Source: Lama glama (taxonomy: Eukaryota). Taken from it: a stretch of DNA of 64,000 bases. How positions within the stretch are numbered: position 1 is the first letter of the stretch; the number at the start of each line of letters is the position of its first letter. The stretch spans positions 84,136,001 to 84,200,000 of the forward strand of contig CM052817.1 of NCBI GenBank assembly GCA_028534125.1, given 5' to 3'. The notes beneath the pieces were generated by a model. The model was given only the letters and a program-made list of their open reading frames with translations, was not told the DNA's origin and searched no databases. This document shows positions 1 through 11,055 of this stretch, in pieces. The position numbers and the translations under genes were made by a program.

Positions 1-189
1 ACTCTCGGCAGTGATGTCCACCAGATGCCCAGGCACCCGCAGGCCACGGGGGCCCCTTTCCCATAGACGTGAGGACATGACTGAGCATTGCCCCTAAAGA
101 GATAGACTTTATCTGAAAGAGACTGTTTAAAACTGAGGTGAATAGAGAAGATAATTTTAATGGCAAGTTTAATTTTATTTCTCACAGTT

Positions 190-420
190 TAGCCTAGTGA
201 CCAAGAGTATGAACTCTGGAGCGGGATGACCTGCTCCATTTGTGAGCTATGTGGCCTTGGGCAAATAAACCTCTGACACTGGTTGCTCATCTGCTAAATG
301 GGGATCCTAAAAGCGCTACCTCCTAGGATGTGTAGGATTAAATGGTTAATATATCTCGAGTCCTTGGAAGAGTGCCTGGCACAGAGAGCAACCACTGGTA
401 AGGGTTGCTATTATCATTGC
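190..420 (+). mobile_element. MIR SINE (ancient)
   Basis: MIR core motifs: tgtggccttgggcaaat, catctgctaaatggggat, agtgcctggcacag, gctattatcatt; boundaries approximate. Confidence 0.75.
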
Positions 421-1259
421 CCTACAGGATGGTGATTCATGAGGAAGTTAAAGTCCGTTAGAGAAACTTAAAAAAAAAAAAAAGGAGATTCCACGTTTGT
501 TCCATCTCATCTGTGATGTGTAAATTTTGGATCCCACCAGAGACAGATACTTGGCTCCAACAGTCACACCTAAGACAGCGGCCCCTGGGAGGAGTATGCC
601 AACAGTCCACTTCATTCTGGATGCAAAGCTCAGAGACACAGACTGCAGGAGTCTGTTATATGTGCCCACACCCCCCTCTTTAAAGACATTTCAGCCTTTC
701 AGCATTCAAGGCTGTTTTCAGCCCAGAGACAACAGGCCGCTCCCCTGCCTTGGTTTGACTGCCTGTTTTAGTTGCTATTCTTTTATCTTCCACAACTGGG
801 TGAGGTTGCTCTCTGAATTTTTATAGCACTTCAGGATGCAAAAGGCTATTGTTACAAGAAGAACCTTTAAGTGTATTGTTCATTCCTTTAAACAGAGATT
901 TGTTGTTATTTTTAAATTCTAAACCTTTGGAGCAGTGAGAGTTTTAGGAGAACAAACACTTCAATGCATAATGAGACTGGATCTGTGCTATTGTAAAGCC
1001 GGAGAACCCTGGTGTCAATTGCCTGTGGTAGCGTCTGCTGTTAACAAAACTCAGGTCAGGCTTCTATCTTGAGTGGGCTGAAGCTAACTATGCCCCCTGC
1101 TCCCCGGTGACAGACTCTCAAGTGACCACCAATGGATTTAGACAGGTTGTGACTTACTGAGGGGCTGGTGAGTACAGGTGAGGAACCCCCTATGTAACTG
1201 CCATTTGCTGAGAACTTGTCACATGCCAGCATCATACCAGGCACTCTGCATTAGACATT

Positions 1260-1702
1260 CTATCAATGTCCTAGAGCTACAAGAACAAATTACCACAAAA
1301 TTGGTGGCTTAAGACAATGGAAATTTATTCTCTAACAGTTCTGGAGGCTGGAAATCTGAAATCAAGGTGTCGGCAGGGCCATGCTCCCTCAAAAGGGACC
1401 TTAAAAATCTCTAGGGGTGAGTCCTTCCTTTCCTCTCTAATCCTTGGCTTGCGGCTGCATCACTCTGATCTCTGCCTCTGTGGTCACATTGCTTTCTCCC
1501 CGTCTCCGTGTCTTCTCATCTGTATAAGGATACATCATTGGATTATCTGGGTGGGTCCTTACCTTACATAATCCAGCAAGATCTCAGATTTTTAACTTAA
1601 ATATATCTATAAAGACCCTTTCACCAAATAACCCACATTTATAGATTCTGGGGATTAGGACATGAATATATCTTTTGGGGGGGCTGCCACTCAATGTACT
1701 AT
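1260..1702 (-). mobile_element. MLT1 (ERVL-MaLR) solo LTR
   Basis: acaaattaccacaaaattggtggcttaa...tttattctctaacagttctggaggctggaaatctgaaatcaaggtgtcggcagggccatgctccc...ggggattaggacatgaatatatcttttgggg, the reverse complement of MLT1-type LTRs. Confidence 0.85.
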
Positions 1703-1879
1703 AGATATCTCTGAAATTATAACAATTACACTCTGAAAGCATGTGTCATCTCAAAACTCAACTTCAAAAATTTTTAAATTGCTTAAGATTATGCTGATTG
1801 TAAGTGACAGAGATGATTTAAATGCAGAACTGTCTGGTTTCAAAGCATTTGTTCTTTCTACTCTATCATGCTAAAAATA

Positions 1880-2090
1880 ACAGCAATACTAATTATAGCT
1901 GATATTTATCGAATACCATCCATGTATCAGGCACTACGCTAGACGTATTAGTAGTATTATTCTGAACTTTCTGACAATCCTATAAATTAGGTTTTCTTAT
2001 TTATAATTTATAGACGAGGAAACTGAGGCACAGATGAGTTAAAAGGTTTTAGGTCATACATATAATAAGTGGTTAGGCAGGAATTTGAAA
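1880..2090 (-). mobile_element. MIR SINE
   Basis: atgtatcaggcactacgctag...tttatagacgaggaaactgaggcacaga...ggtcatac...ggcaggaatttgaa. Confidence 0.75.
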
Positions 2091-2409
2091 TAAAACACAA
2101 AGCAAGTCAAGTGCCACTAGAGAAATCTTCAAAGCACTGGGGGAACCCACAGAGAGTAGCAGCATGACTTTTGGTAGGTGAAGGATTGGCTAAGTCTCTC
2201 ACAAAGGCAATAAAATTCCTCAGACCTTTAGGATCAGTTTAACCTATCTGGTGCAGTGTGGTTTGGGCATTTTCCACACTGTGGTGAAGCAGAAGCAGAG
2301 ATTTGAGGCATTTTCTTCTTTTTCTGGTCCTTGAGCCTGTCTTGGGTGTCAGGTTCTGTCCATGCTTTGACTTGCCCACTTAGAGAGAACTGCCTTTGAC
2401 TCTATAGAA

Positions 2410-2635
2410 AACACAGTAACTTCACTTTGAAAAGCACTTTAGCAGAGCGCTGTCTCATTTATTTCTCAGAACAGTCCCTAAGGTTGGCAGGGTGAGTACC
2501 GTCATCTTCATTTTACAGTTGAGGAGACTGAATTTCGAAGTGAATTCTTACCGGCTATTTTTTTCACAGAGGCAGAAGCAACTCGAGGCCTGAAAGTCTG
2601 ACCGCAATTCGAATTCCTTTTCCAGTGCACCAAGC
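2410..2635 (-). mobile_element. MIR SINE
   Basis: tctcatttatttctcagaacagtccc...cattttacagttgaggagactga. Confidence 0.6.
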
Positions 2636-3544
2636 CTGTTTTAGATTAGGGGGAAAAATCCAAGAAAAAAAAATAAAGCTAAATTTGGCTGGCATCAGCT
2701 TTTGGTAAGGTTAGCAAAAAATAAAAAGTGGGAAAAAAGTCTCCTTTCCCTTTTCAGTTTTGAAGGTAAACTATTACATTTTAGCTTTGTACTCAAAAGT
2801 GATTTGCAGCTGAGACTTTTTCTTAAGGGCAGAGGATTCTTTATGACCTTATTTTTCTTACAATTCCATACAAAAGGCTAAGTGTGCTCCATTATGTCCA
2901 GATTGGTGTTTATAGTCCCATCCTTAGATGATAAATGTTACTTTATCAAGTTTTACACAGTTCTGATCCCCTCTTCTAAAGACTGGGGCTGTACATGCCA
3001 AAACTTTATGACGACAAGTCATAGAATTGGAATGAAAGCAATGTAATACTCAAATCCTACTAACTCAGATAATATACAGAAGTATCTTTTAAGCCAATGG
3101 TTCTTGGTTTTCAAGTCTTCATACTTGAGAGGGAGGTGATTTTCTAAATACTGTTGAAAGGGAAGCATGATTGCCTACTAAAAGAGTTATTCCTTAAATG
3201 CAGTATAAATGCTTCTTTTCTCTTGACTCATTATTTCCAACATAAAGCCTATGTACTTTCTTAGATATTATGGTCACTGCCCATTTCTAGGACCTTCAGC
3301 TCAGCTGCCCCATTCCAAGGGGTCTCACATGCCAAAGGTCGGACCTGCTGAATAATTCGCTCTGCCTCTTCATGGCTCATCACAAAGCAGAGGCCACTTC
3401 TGCCTGGCATCACTTTGCATTGCTTCATATCTTTCCCCTCTTTCCTTTTTCTTTAGCCTCACTGGCCTGGGTTTGCACTTCTTAAATAATGTATTAGCGC
3501 TTTGATCCTTGCTTGAGGCTGTTTTCCAGAGAATCTAGGCTCTT

Positions 3545-4180
3545 TCTTACTGGATTGCTATAGAACATATCTAGTAGGTCAGTATCCTCACTTCCAGTTC
3601 AGTCCGACACACCTCTTAAGCACATGTTGAATGTGGCGTTCTCCTTCAGTGGACCCCATTGTTTGTAAAATTGAGCTGACCTTCCATCATCTGGCCTTAA
3701 CAGCCCTATAGATTTGCTCTCAAACTAATTTTCCAATTTTATTTTCCATGGTTTTTCATTCATACGTGCTGTTCTTTGGCCAAACTAAACTACTTGAAAT
3801 GTTTTTATTACCTCATGTTTTCTGACCTCCATGTTCTTCATCATGCTGATCCCTCAATCTATAATATTCACACTTATGGCTCTCCACATGTTTAAATTTT
3901 ATCCATCAAGGACAAGTTCAAATGCCATCTTCTTCTCAGATTAATCATAAATTCCCTCCCCTCTGCTGTCAGCCCACAAAATTCAGTAATTTCCTCTGAA
4001 TCCCCCAAATCATCTTGTCTGTATTTCTCTTGTGGTGCTTACTACTTTTTAACCTATTTTGTAGTATTTTGTCTTATTCATTCTCTCCAATTAGACCATA
4101 GGCTCCTTGAGGGCACAACTGACTGATGTACTTTTGTTTTTTGACACTTAGCATGGCAACTTGCATGTAATTAGTGCTTA
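3545..4180 (+). mobile_element. L2 LINE 3' fragment
   Basis: ttcaaatgccatcttc, tagaccataggctccttgagggca, cacttagcatggc...tagtgcttaagaaaat; typical L2 3' region. Confidence 0.6.
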
Positions 4181-5007
4181 AGAAAATTTCACAAAATTTC
4201 ACAAAATTCCAGTCATTACATAAAAGCCCAGGATTATGGCTAAAACTAATTAAACTAAAATATTTCTTATCTCAAGCTCTAGGTCCTTGGTTTTTCATGG
4301 ATATACAGGGGGGAAAATGGCTACAGGGATGCTTTTATTTGTAAGTCGAAAGGTCAAGAGATATTAATAGTGAGAATGCTGTGGCTTTCTGCCTGAGGCC
4401 ATCAAACAGAACAGGCCATAGCATTATGCTGACCTTGGACAGTTGGCTAAGACACAGTACCATATGATTTAGCTTCTTAAGAAATGACCAATCTACAAGG
4501 CTTCTGAATAATTATTCCTTCTGATAAAGGAGGAAAATTTTGATTAAAAAATTCCAGCCTGAGTGTATTCTTACAGTGCTTTTACAGCATTTTAAAGTCT
4601 AACAGGTTAAAGCCCACAGAAAAAGAATGACCATAAAGAAAATGTAAAAACTATTTAAACATGCTATTTGTAGTCACTCTTCATGAATCATGTCTAAGAT
4701 AAGTGAAATTTTCAGAGGGAGAGTAGACAAAAACATTGGCTACATATTTCTCCTGTATGAAATGATAAACTATAAAATTCAAATGTATTTAGGAAATCCA
4801 GTCACATATTTATTTGTTAATAACAATGAGCTGATATAGAAATTTAGTAGCATTGGGAAGGTAAATAAATAGCACCAATGGGAGTTACTATTTCCCATTT
4901 ATATTAAAACTGTCATGTTTACATGGCTGACAGATATATGTCGTATATATGATAGTATTTGAGATTAGGAAAACTACTTTATTAAAGTAGAGATAAATTT
5001 GACTTAA

Positions 5008-5020
5008 CATGTTGATCGCC
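5008..5020 (+). repeat. piggyBac left terminal inverted repeat
   Basis: CATGTTGATCGCC immediately after TTAA (5004-5007). Confidence 0.9.
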
Positions 5021-5429
5021 CACTGGATCGCATGTGTTTCCAAGTTCACACTTCACCACAGTGTGATGCACTAACAATATATTTGCTTATAATTAGTCTG
5101 TTTTTCCAGTATAACTGGAATTGTGTTAAAAAAATTTCTTCTCTTATTTTCAATTTTCAACCTCTTTACTATTTTAATTCTTCTTGGAATTATTCTCTAT
5201 AGAATAAACTTGGGTAATGGAATAGTCTGGGGTGCTGTGGCATTACTTTGATATTTGTTAGCTCAAGAGTGATATATGATCCAATTGGTAGAACTGGTAG
5301 ATAAGTGGTTGTTTAGAACGGTACTCTGCTCGTTTGCCTGCTCTGTTCGATTCGGCTCGTTAGTTTTATTCTGCATCTTAGAGTCTGTGCGTCTTTCAAG
5401 TATTTTTCATATCCTTACAACGTAAAAAT

Positions 5430-7117
5430 ACAGTTGAGAGTGACACTAGCAGTGACAATGAAGTAATCCATGTCAGAAGAAGATAAATAAAATTTTGTTT
5501 AGTTCAAGCTCAGAGAATGAGGAGAAAGGTGATGCTGAAGTTGAAAACACTGAGGAGGTTTTAGAACAATTAGTTGTAGAGGAAGAGGAAGAAACAGAGG
5601 AGGATGATGATGGTGCACTAGATAATACTCAGTGAAAAGAGTTTACTGGCAGACAAAAGTCATTTATATTCACAGGAAAAGGTGGACTTCAGACAGAATT
5701 ACCTCGTGATATCAGCCCAGGCAAAATTCTTTTGCTATTTTTAGATGACGTAATAATAAACCATCTGGTAAAGGAGACAAACAGATATGTGGAACAAAAA
5801 TTACCTCAACATCTAAACATGAAGTATAGTTGAATAAAGAAGTAGAAACCTACTTCTGAAGAAATTAAAAAATTCCTTGCTCTTCTGATTTGGACAGGTC
5901 TAGTGAAACCAATATCTATGACTAAATATTGCTCAGAAGACCCCCTTTACAATTTCACATTGTCATGTACTGTAATATCTCATAATTGTTTTGATTTATT
6001 ATTATCAAATTTGCACTTTGCAAATAATGAGACAATTGAAAGAGGTGATAGGCTTGGAAAAATATTACCACTGGTTAAACTTTGATTAAAAATTATCAAA
6101 ACAATTTTTCACTGGGCCCAAATGTCATAATCGATGAGACAATGGTTCCTTGGAGGGGAAGACTTATATTTAGACAGTATATATCAAATAAAACACACGA
6201 ATATGGAATAAAATTATGTAACTTCTGTTCGACCAAAGGTTATACGAGGTCGATAAAAATATGTTCTGGATGAGAGACTAGTAGAGCCGAGCAAATCAGA
6301 TTAGCTCAAAATGTTTGCAGTGCGCTTGCAGAAAAATTACTGAATGAAGGGCATACCTTGTATGTAGATAACTTCTACACCAGCTACTAATTGGTCCTTA
6401 AATTTTTTAGTTTGAAAACTCATGTTATTGGGACTGCACAGCATAATAAAAGTTTATTCCAAAAGATGTTCTGTCCCATCCACTAAAAAGAGGTGAAATG
6501 GTGTTGCGAGACGATGACAATTCCATTGTCATCCTGAAATGGAAAGATGTTCAGGATGTAAGAATGCTTTTGACAAAACACGCACCCATTATGGTACTGG
6601 TTCAAATCCATCTGCTCTTCACCACAATCTTATAAAAATGAAGCCACTAGCCATACTTGATTATAATAAAGGAAAGTGACATTGATAGAAGTGACCAGAT
6701 GGTTTCATATGCAACAACATTATGAAAAAATATCAAATGCTACCAGAAATTAACACTACATCTACTTATTGGGATTTCTGTCATAAATTCACATCTTGTA
6801 TACCAGGCAAAGGCAAATTTAAAAAGTCAAATATCGAAATTTAGGGAACTCTTAGTTAAGGAATGGTTATATTCTCCATATATTAGGTCCAATAATATGC
6901 AACGGGATAAAGGAGAAGAGATTCACAATTTACAATTAGAAAAAATCCCTAAGGCAAAACAATCAGAAGAACGTGCGTCCTCTGTTATCAGGAAAGCAGG
7001 CAAACTTTGGAACGACAAGAAGCTAGAAAAAATGTAAAAAAGACAGGAACATATTGTCCTAGTTGTCCAAAAATACTGCAGCTTTGTGTAAACTGTTTCA
7101 ATGAGTATCGTAAGTAA
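5430..7117 (+). pseudogene. piggyBac transposase pseudogene (DDE_Tnp_1_7-type catalytic domain plus C-terminal Cys-rich domain)
   Basis: Manual translation gives an acidic N-terminus (EEEEETEEDDD), then LVKETNRY, EIKKFLALLIWTGLVK, LLSNLHF, IIDETMVPWRGRLIFRQYISNKTHEYGIK (D at 6133), GHTLYVDNFYTS (D at 6367), KWKDVQDVRMLLTKH, KPLAILDYNKGK-IDRSDQM (D at 6684), and RRTCVLCY...YCPSCP...LCVNCFNEYRK* (stop 7115-7117). In-frame stops at 5633, 5831, 5843, 6271 and 6388, plus several frameshifts. Start codon not identifiable, so the start is approximate. Confidence 0.95.
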
Positions 7118-7208
7118 TGTAATATTATATAATTTTGTTCAAAAGAAAATATTTTTATCTATCTGCATATATACTTATATGTTGTTACTATTAAATACTT
7201 GTATTACA

Positions 7209-7214
7209 AATAAA
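7209..7214 (+). promoter_or_regulatory. Candidate poly(A) signal of the piggyBac transposase transcript
   Basis: AATAAA ~90 bp after the transposase stop and inside the element; AT-rich context makes chance occurrence possible. Confidence 0.4.
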
Positions 7215-7263
7215 AACTGTTGGAAGTTACTTGTAAAAACCTGCATAATTGGATGGAGGAAAG

Positions 7264-7327
7264 CATCACCCATATTTGGGTGACGGGGCCTCCGAGGAGA
7301 CACAACTGTCACCAGATTTGGGCAATG
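7264..7327. repeat. piggyBac right-end subterminal palindromic direct repeats
   Basis: CATCACCCATATTTGGGTGACG (7264-7285) and TGTCACCAGATTTGGGCAATG (7307-7327); both reduce to CGTCACCCA-N4-TGGGYGACG after reversing CpG decay (the second copy also lacks one C). Confidence 0.8.
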
Positions 7328-7328
7328 T

Positions 7329-7341
7329 GGTGATCAACGTG
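7329..7341 (-). repeat. piggyBac right terminal inverted repeat
   Basis: GGTGATCAACGTG immediately before TTAA (7342-7345). Confidence 0.9.
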
Positions 7342-7722
7342 TTAATAGATTAATGAGAATAGGAAATTAAGAAGTTCCATATATAAAAGGGTATAATTAC
7401 GTGCTCATGCATAGTTAGATTTTGTTGATAGACATAGACTTTATTAAATCAGTAGAATCAGGCAAATATGACTTGATCAGCAAAACACTTGGAAAAGTAG
7501 TTATGATGAAGTGAAAGAGACGGTCAAGTTTTTTATTCTTACTAACACAACAGAGAGGGAAGAAATGGGTTTCAGTTGATACAAGAATGGAGATCATATA
7601 GAATTGGTTGAGCTGGGGATCAAAGAGAACACAATGAGCCTGTGAACTCAGGAATTCCTTGGGCAGATCTGTTGTGATTTCTCCCATTGGCACCACTATG
7701 ACTAACATAAGTAAACTAGGTG

Positions 7723-7880
7723 GAGTGGGTGGATAGCTCAGTGGTAGAGCACATGCTCAGCATGCATGAGGTCCTGGGTTCAATCCCCAGTACCTCCCAT
7801 TAAAATAAATAAGTAAGTTAAAAAAAAAAAAAAAGAGAGAGAGAATTACCTACCCTTCTCAAAAAAAATTTAAAAAAAAA
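7723..7880 (+). mobile_element. tRNA-derived SINE (camelid Vic-1-like)
   Basis: A box TAGCTCAGTGGTAGAGC, B box GGTTCAATCCC, A-rich tail; 16-bp TSD ATAAGTAAAC(T/C)AGGTG at 7707-7722 and 7881-7896. Confidence 0.9.
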
Positions 7881-8156
7881 ATAAGTAAACCAGGTGTTTG
7901 TGGATCCATGTTGCCTCACTGGTCCTACCTATAAGTATCACTTGCTGGCCTGGGAGACTGCAGAGCTCATTCTTTTCAGGGCTTTTGGGAATCACTGCAG
8001 TAGCCTGGTGCCCCAGTAGTTCTCCTTGCTCCTGATTCCTGCTAAAAATGGATGTGATCTCACAGAGGAGTCAGCAGTAGCCTAAACCAAGTGACTATAG
8101 TCTGGGGCCAGGCTCCCTAGGCCCAGTTCTGATTAATGCCCCCTATTAAAAAAAAT

Positions 8157-8179
8157 ACACACACACACACACACACACA
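8157..8179. repeat. (CA)n microsatellite
   Basis: direct inspection. Confidence 0.95.
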
Positions 8180-9039
8180 AAAACGGTATACTTTTTGCTG
8201 GCATGACTTCAAGAACTTGTGTTTTATAGCTTCCTCTTAAAGTGGTTAAGACTTTTTTTCTTGAAGGAGATATTCCATTCCTTATAGCTGTGTACTAAGC
8301 TAGTTTTCCCACCACTGTTTTGTTTTGTTTTTTGTTTTGTTTTTTATCCCCCAGAAACTCAGGGAGACCACAGGATGTGAAACATTTTCAGTGCCTCCAT
8401 AAAATGCTTTTTTCTGCTTTCTCTGACACTCTTATGTTCTCTGCAGTGTTTACCATACAACCAAGTCAAGCCACTAAAGTAGGTATGCTCTGTGTGAGGT
8501 GTCAGCAAAGAGAAACTTGCTGAGGACAGAATAAGTGCAAAATAAGATATGACAATCCTTCCACCCTAACAAAGGAACAAAAACAAAAACGAATCTCTTG
8601 AGTTTGACTCCTTGAGGCTCTGTTAAAATTCCGAAATATTCATTAAATAGGGACAGTCTGAAACTCAATATTGGATTGAAAAACAAGGATTCTAAGAGGT
8701 AAATACAAAAGATTATATAAGCCATTGATCAAAAAGAGCTAAAGAATTGTTGGGCAGCAGAAGCCAGACAGTTTTGATGAATTTCCAGAGAGTCTAACTT
8801 TTTGGTTGTGTTTGTTTTATCAACAATGGACCCTTTATAGCAGAAAAACCCAGGTCAAAAAGCATAATCCACACACAAAACCTTCAGTGTAGTAAGTTTG
8901 CGTCATTCCCAGAGGAGTGAGCCTGGCTAAGAGACTCCTCACTTGACTAATTTAAAACTGGTATCTATGTTGTTGATGAAAGTGCGTTCTGAGTATGCTT
9001 CATGAAGCAAGTGTCCTATTATGTCTATGAGTTTTTTTT

Positions 9040-9182
9040 TAACTTTTGGGTTAAAAAATAATTTTATTAAAAAGTATCACAGTGAAATTTACTTTTTAAA
9101 ATGTCTGTATATAGTTCTATGAATTTAAAACATGTATAGATTTGTGTAATCACCACCACCAGTGATATGTACAACAGTTTCT
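9040..9182 (-). mobile_element. Old L1 (L1M-type) 3' end fragment
   Basis: tatagttctatgaattt...catgtatagatttgtgtaatcaccacc...acaacagtttc. Confidence 0.6.
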
Positions 9183-10894
9183 GTGAGATGTTTTTATTAT
9201 GTATGCACTTTAGTTTGGGATTCAAGCAGTCAGTGAATGTCCAAATCTACATGCTCCACAGAGTCTGGTCCCCTAGAGAACAGTAAGAATTAAATATTAA
9301 ACAATGGTAATATTGCTAATCTCAAAGAGTATCTAAAGTTTAATGTTTAATTCTTACTATGTTCTAGAGTGCTTAACTCCAAATACCTGCCAATAGTAGT
9401 TACCCGGGCAATCCCATACTTACCTACTCCTTTGATTATAATGCCTTCCAGTTGTGTAGCTCTTGGAGAAATAATTTCATCGAAATATTCTCATTTAACT
9501 TATGTAACAGCCATGTATTTTATATATTATTATCATTATATTTTCACAAATGGGATCTAAGAGATCAGGTGATTCGCATAAGCTAAATAAGTGTCAGAGC
9601 TGAGACTTCGACTATAACATGCGACTCCAAGTTATTACAGCTGCAGTTTCCTCCCATGTAATTACTTTCAAGATATAATCTCAAAAGAATACTTTAAGAA
9701 AAGTTGTATGCATGTATCTATCACCACAAATAAGAGAGACTTGAGTACCAAAGACAAATCAAGAGTTTGGTGTAGACCGTCTTACTAAAGTGTAAAATGA
9801 CATCATGATTAAGTAGATTGGAAACAAAACAAAGAAGATAGAGACATGGGAGTATAATTAGCAGAAAACCAAGTAGCAGATTTTTATTGCTCAGTTTGGT
9901 TTTTTGAAAAAAGCTAAATATTTAAAATTATTTGAAGTCATGTGAAGCTGACCCCATGATTTCAATGCAATGTTTAAAAAAGGTCTCAAGAATATTGGCC
10001 CGTTTTCACCAACAGGGCAGTCCCCATTGGTTTCTTGTGCATTTTAGCCTAAAGGACCCCTGTCTAGGCTCTCCACCACCACCCACTCCTAGCTGAGGAG
10101 TCTAAGAATAACAGAATGGAGTGTGCTGACTTAGTTTAATTCTTAAAATATTTCTGAAGGTCTGGAGCACTAAAGCTTTCTAGCAGAATGCATCATTGTA
10201 TCGAATTTCTCTACAAAGTTTAGATAAATTACAGGAATCAAGAAGAAGTTCAAGAGCATACAATTAACTTTTATTATTCAAGGTCAGAATAAACTGCTTA
10301 AATACTTTTTATTATTAGAAGTTCAGTTTGTATTTATCTCTAAGCAAGGAATGCCGGGGTCTGCCAGGGACATTGATGGTAGTAGTCTGTTCACTTTCTA
10401 GAGAAAATCCTTTTCCCTCCATCCCACAAGAAAAGTGCTGAATAAAGAAAATCACAAATTTTTATCAGTCTGGGCAGTTGAGTTATGAGTTAGTTACATC
10501 AAGGCTATCAAAAATGGCTGGCTGCCTAAATAGTGCCATTGTTACAAATAGTGGGAAAGCACAAGGAATGTGGGAAACAAAGGTAACCCAAAGAGGAGTG
10601 ATGTGCAGATGGAGTCCCTACAGCAGGCATGAGAATGACTGCCAGCGAGTCTTGACCCTTTCTCCTCCTCTTCAACCACTAACTCTTGGCTTTTCATAAT
10701 TCTTCAGATACAATCAGGTAGGATGTGAGGCCAAGTTTACAGAAAACACTGATGTGTTTTAAGCTAAGAGAATTTCAAGGAGAAACAGACTAATAAACAC
10801 ATTAGGGCCCTTGGTTCCTAGGCTATGAGATGATCCTGAAGCAAAAACCAAAATCACAGAGAAGTCTCAGCTCCTGTTACAGGAGCAGCAGCAT

Positions 10895-10980
10895 TGTTAT
10901 TATTATTGTTATTTATTATTGTTGTTGTTGTTGTTGTTGTTGTTATTATTATTATTATTATTTTAAAAGTGTGTGTGTGT
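10895..10980. repeat. Compound (TTA)n/(TTG)n/(TG)n microsatellite next to a SINE tail
   Basis: direct inspection. Confidence 0.9.
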
Positions 10981-11055
10981 TTTAGTGGAGGTACTGGGGA
11001 TTGAACCCAGAACCTTGTGCACACATGCTCTACCCCTGAGCTATACTCCCACCCA
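10981..11055 (-). mobile_element. tRNA-derived SINE (Vic-1-like)
   Basis: ggaggtactggggattgaacccagaacc...catgctctacccctgagctatac is the reverse complement of the SINE head at 7723. Confidence 0.85.

Larger units (their letters stand above)
5008..7341 (+). mobile_element. Full-length piggyBac-superfamily DNA transposon (decayed autonomous copy)
   Basis: TTAA at 5004-5007 and 7342-7345. Left end CATGTTGATCGCC vs reverse complement of right end CACGTTGATCACC (11/13; both mismatches are CpG transitions). Internal transposase relic. Confidence 0.96.

Noticed and set aside
4183..4210. Short tandem repeat AAAATTTCAC x~3 (similar small duplications at ~16259-16295 and ~37688-37718)
   Set aside because: Ordinary slippage duplications with no spacers, so not CRISPR-like or otherwise structured.
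5903..6273. ORFs 5903..6085 and 6082..6273 as a functional or domesticated PGBD gene
   Set aside because: They are frameshift-separated pieces of one transposase with multiple stops, lying inside TIRs and TTAA; this is a dead transposon copy.
7730..7800. tRNA gene
   Set aside because: A/B boxes are present, but an A-rich tail, a 16-bp TSD and three diverged relatives in the window identify it as a SINE.
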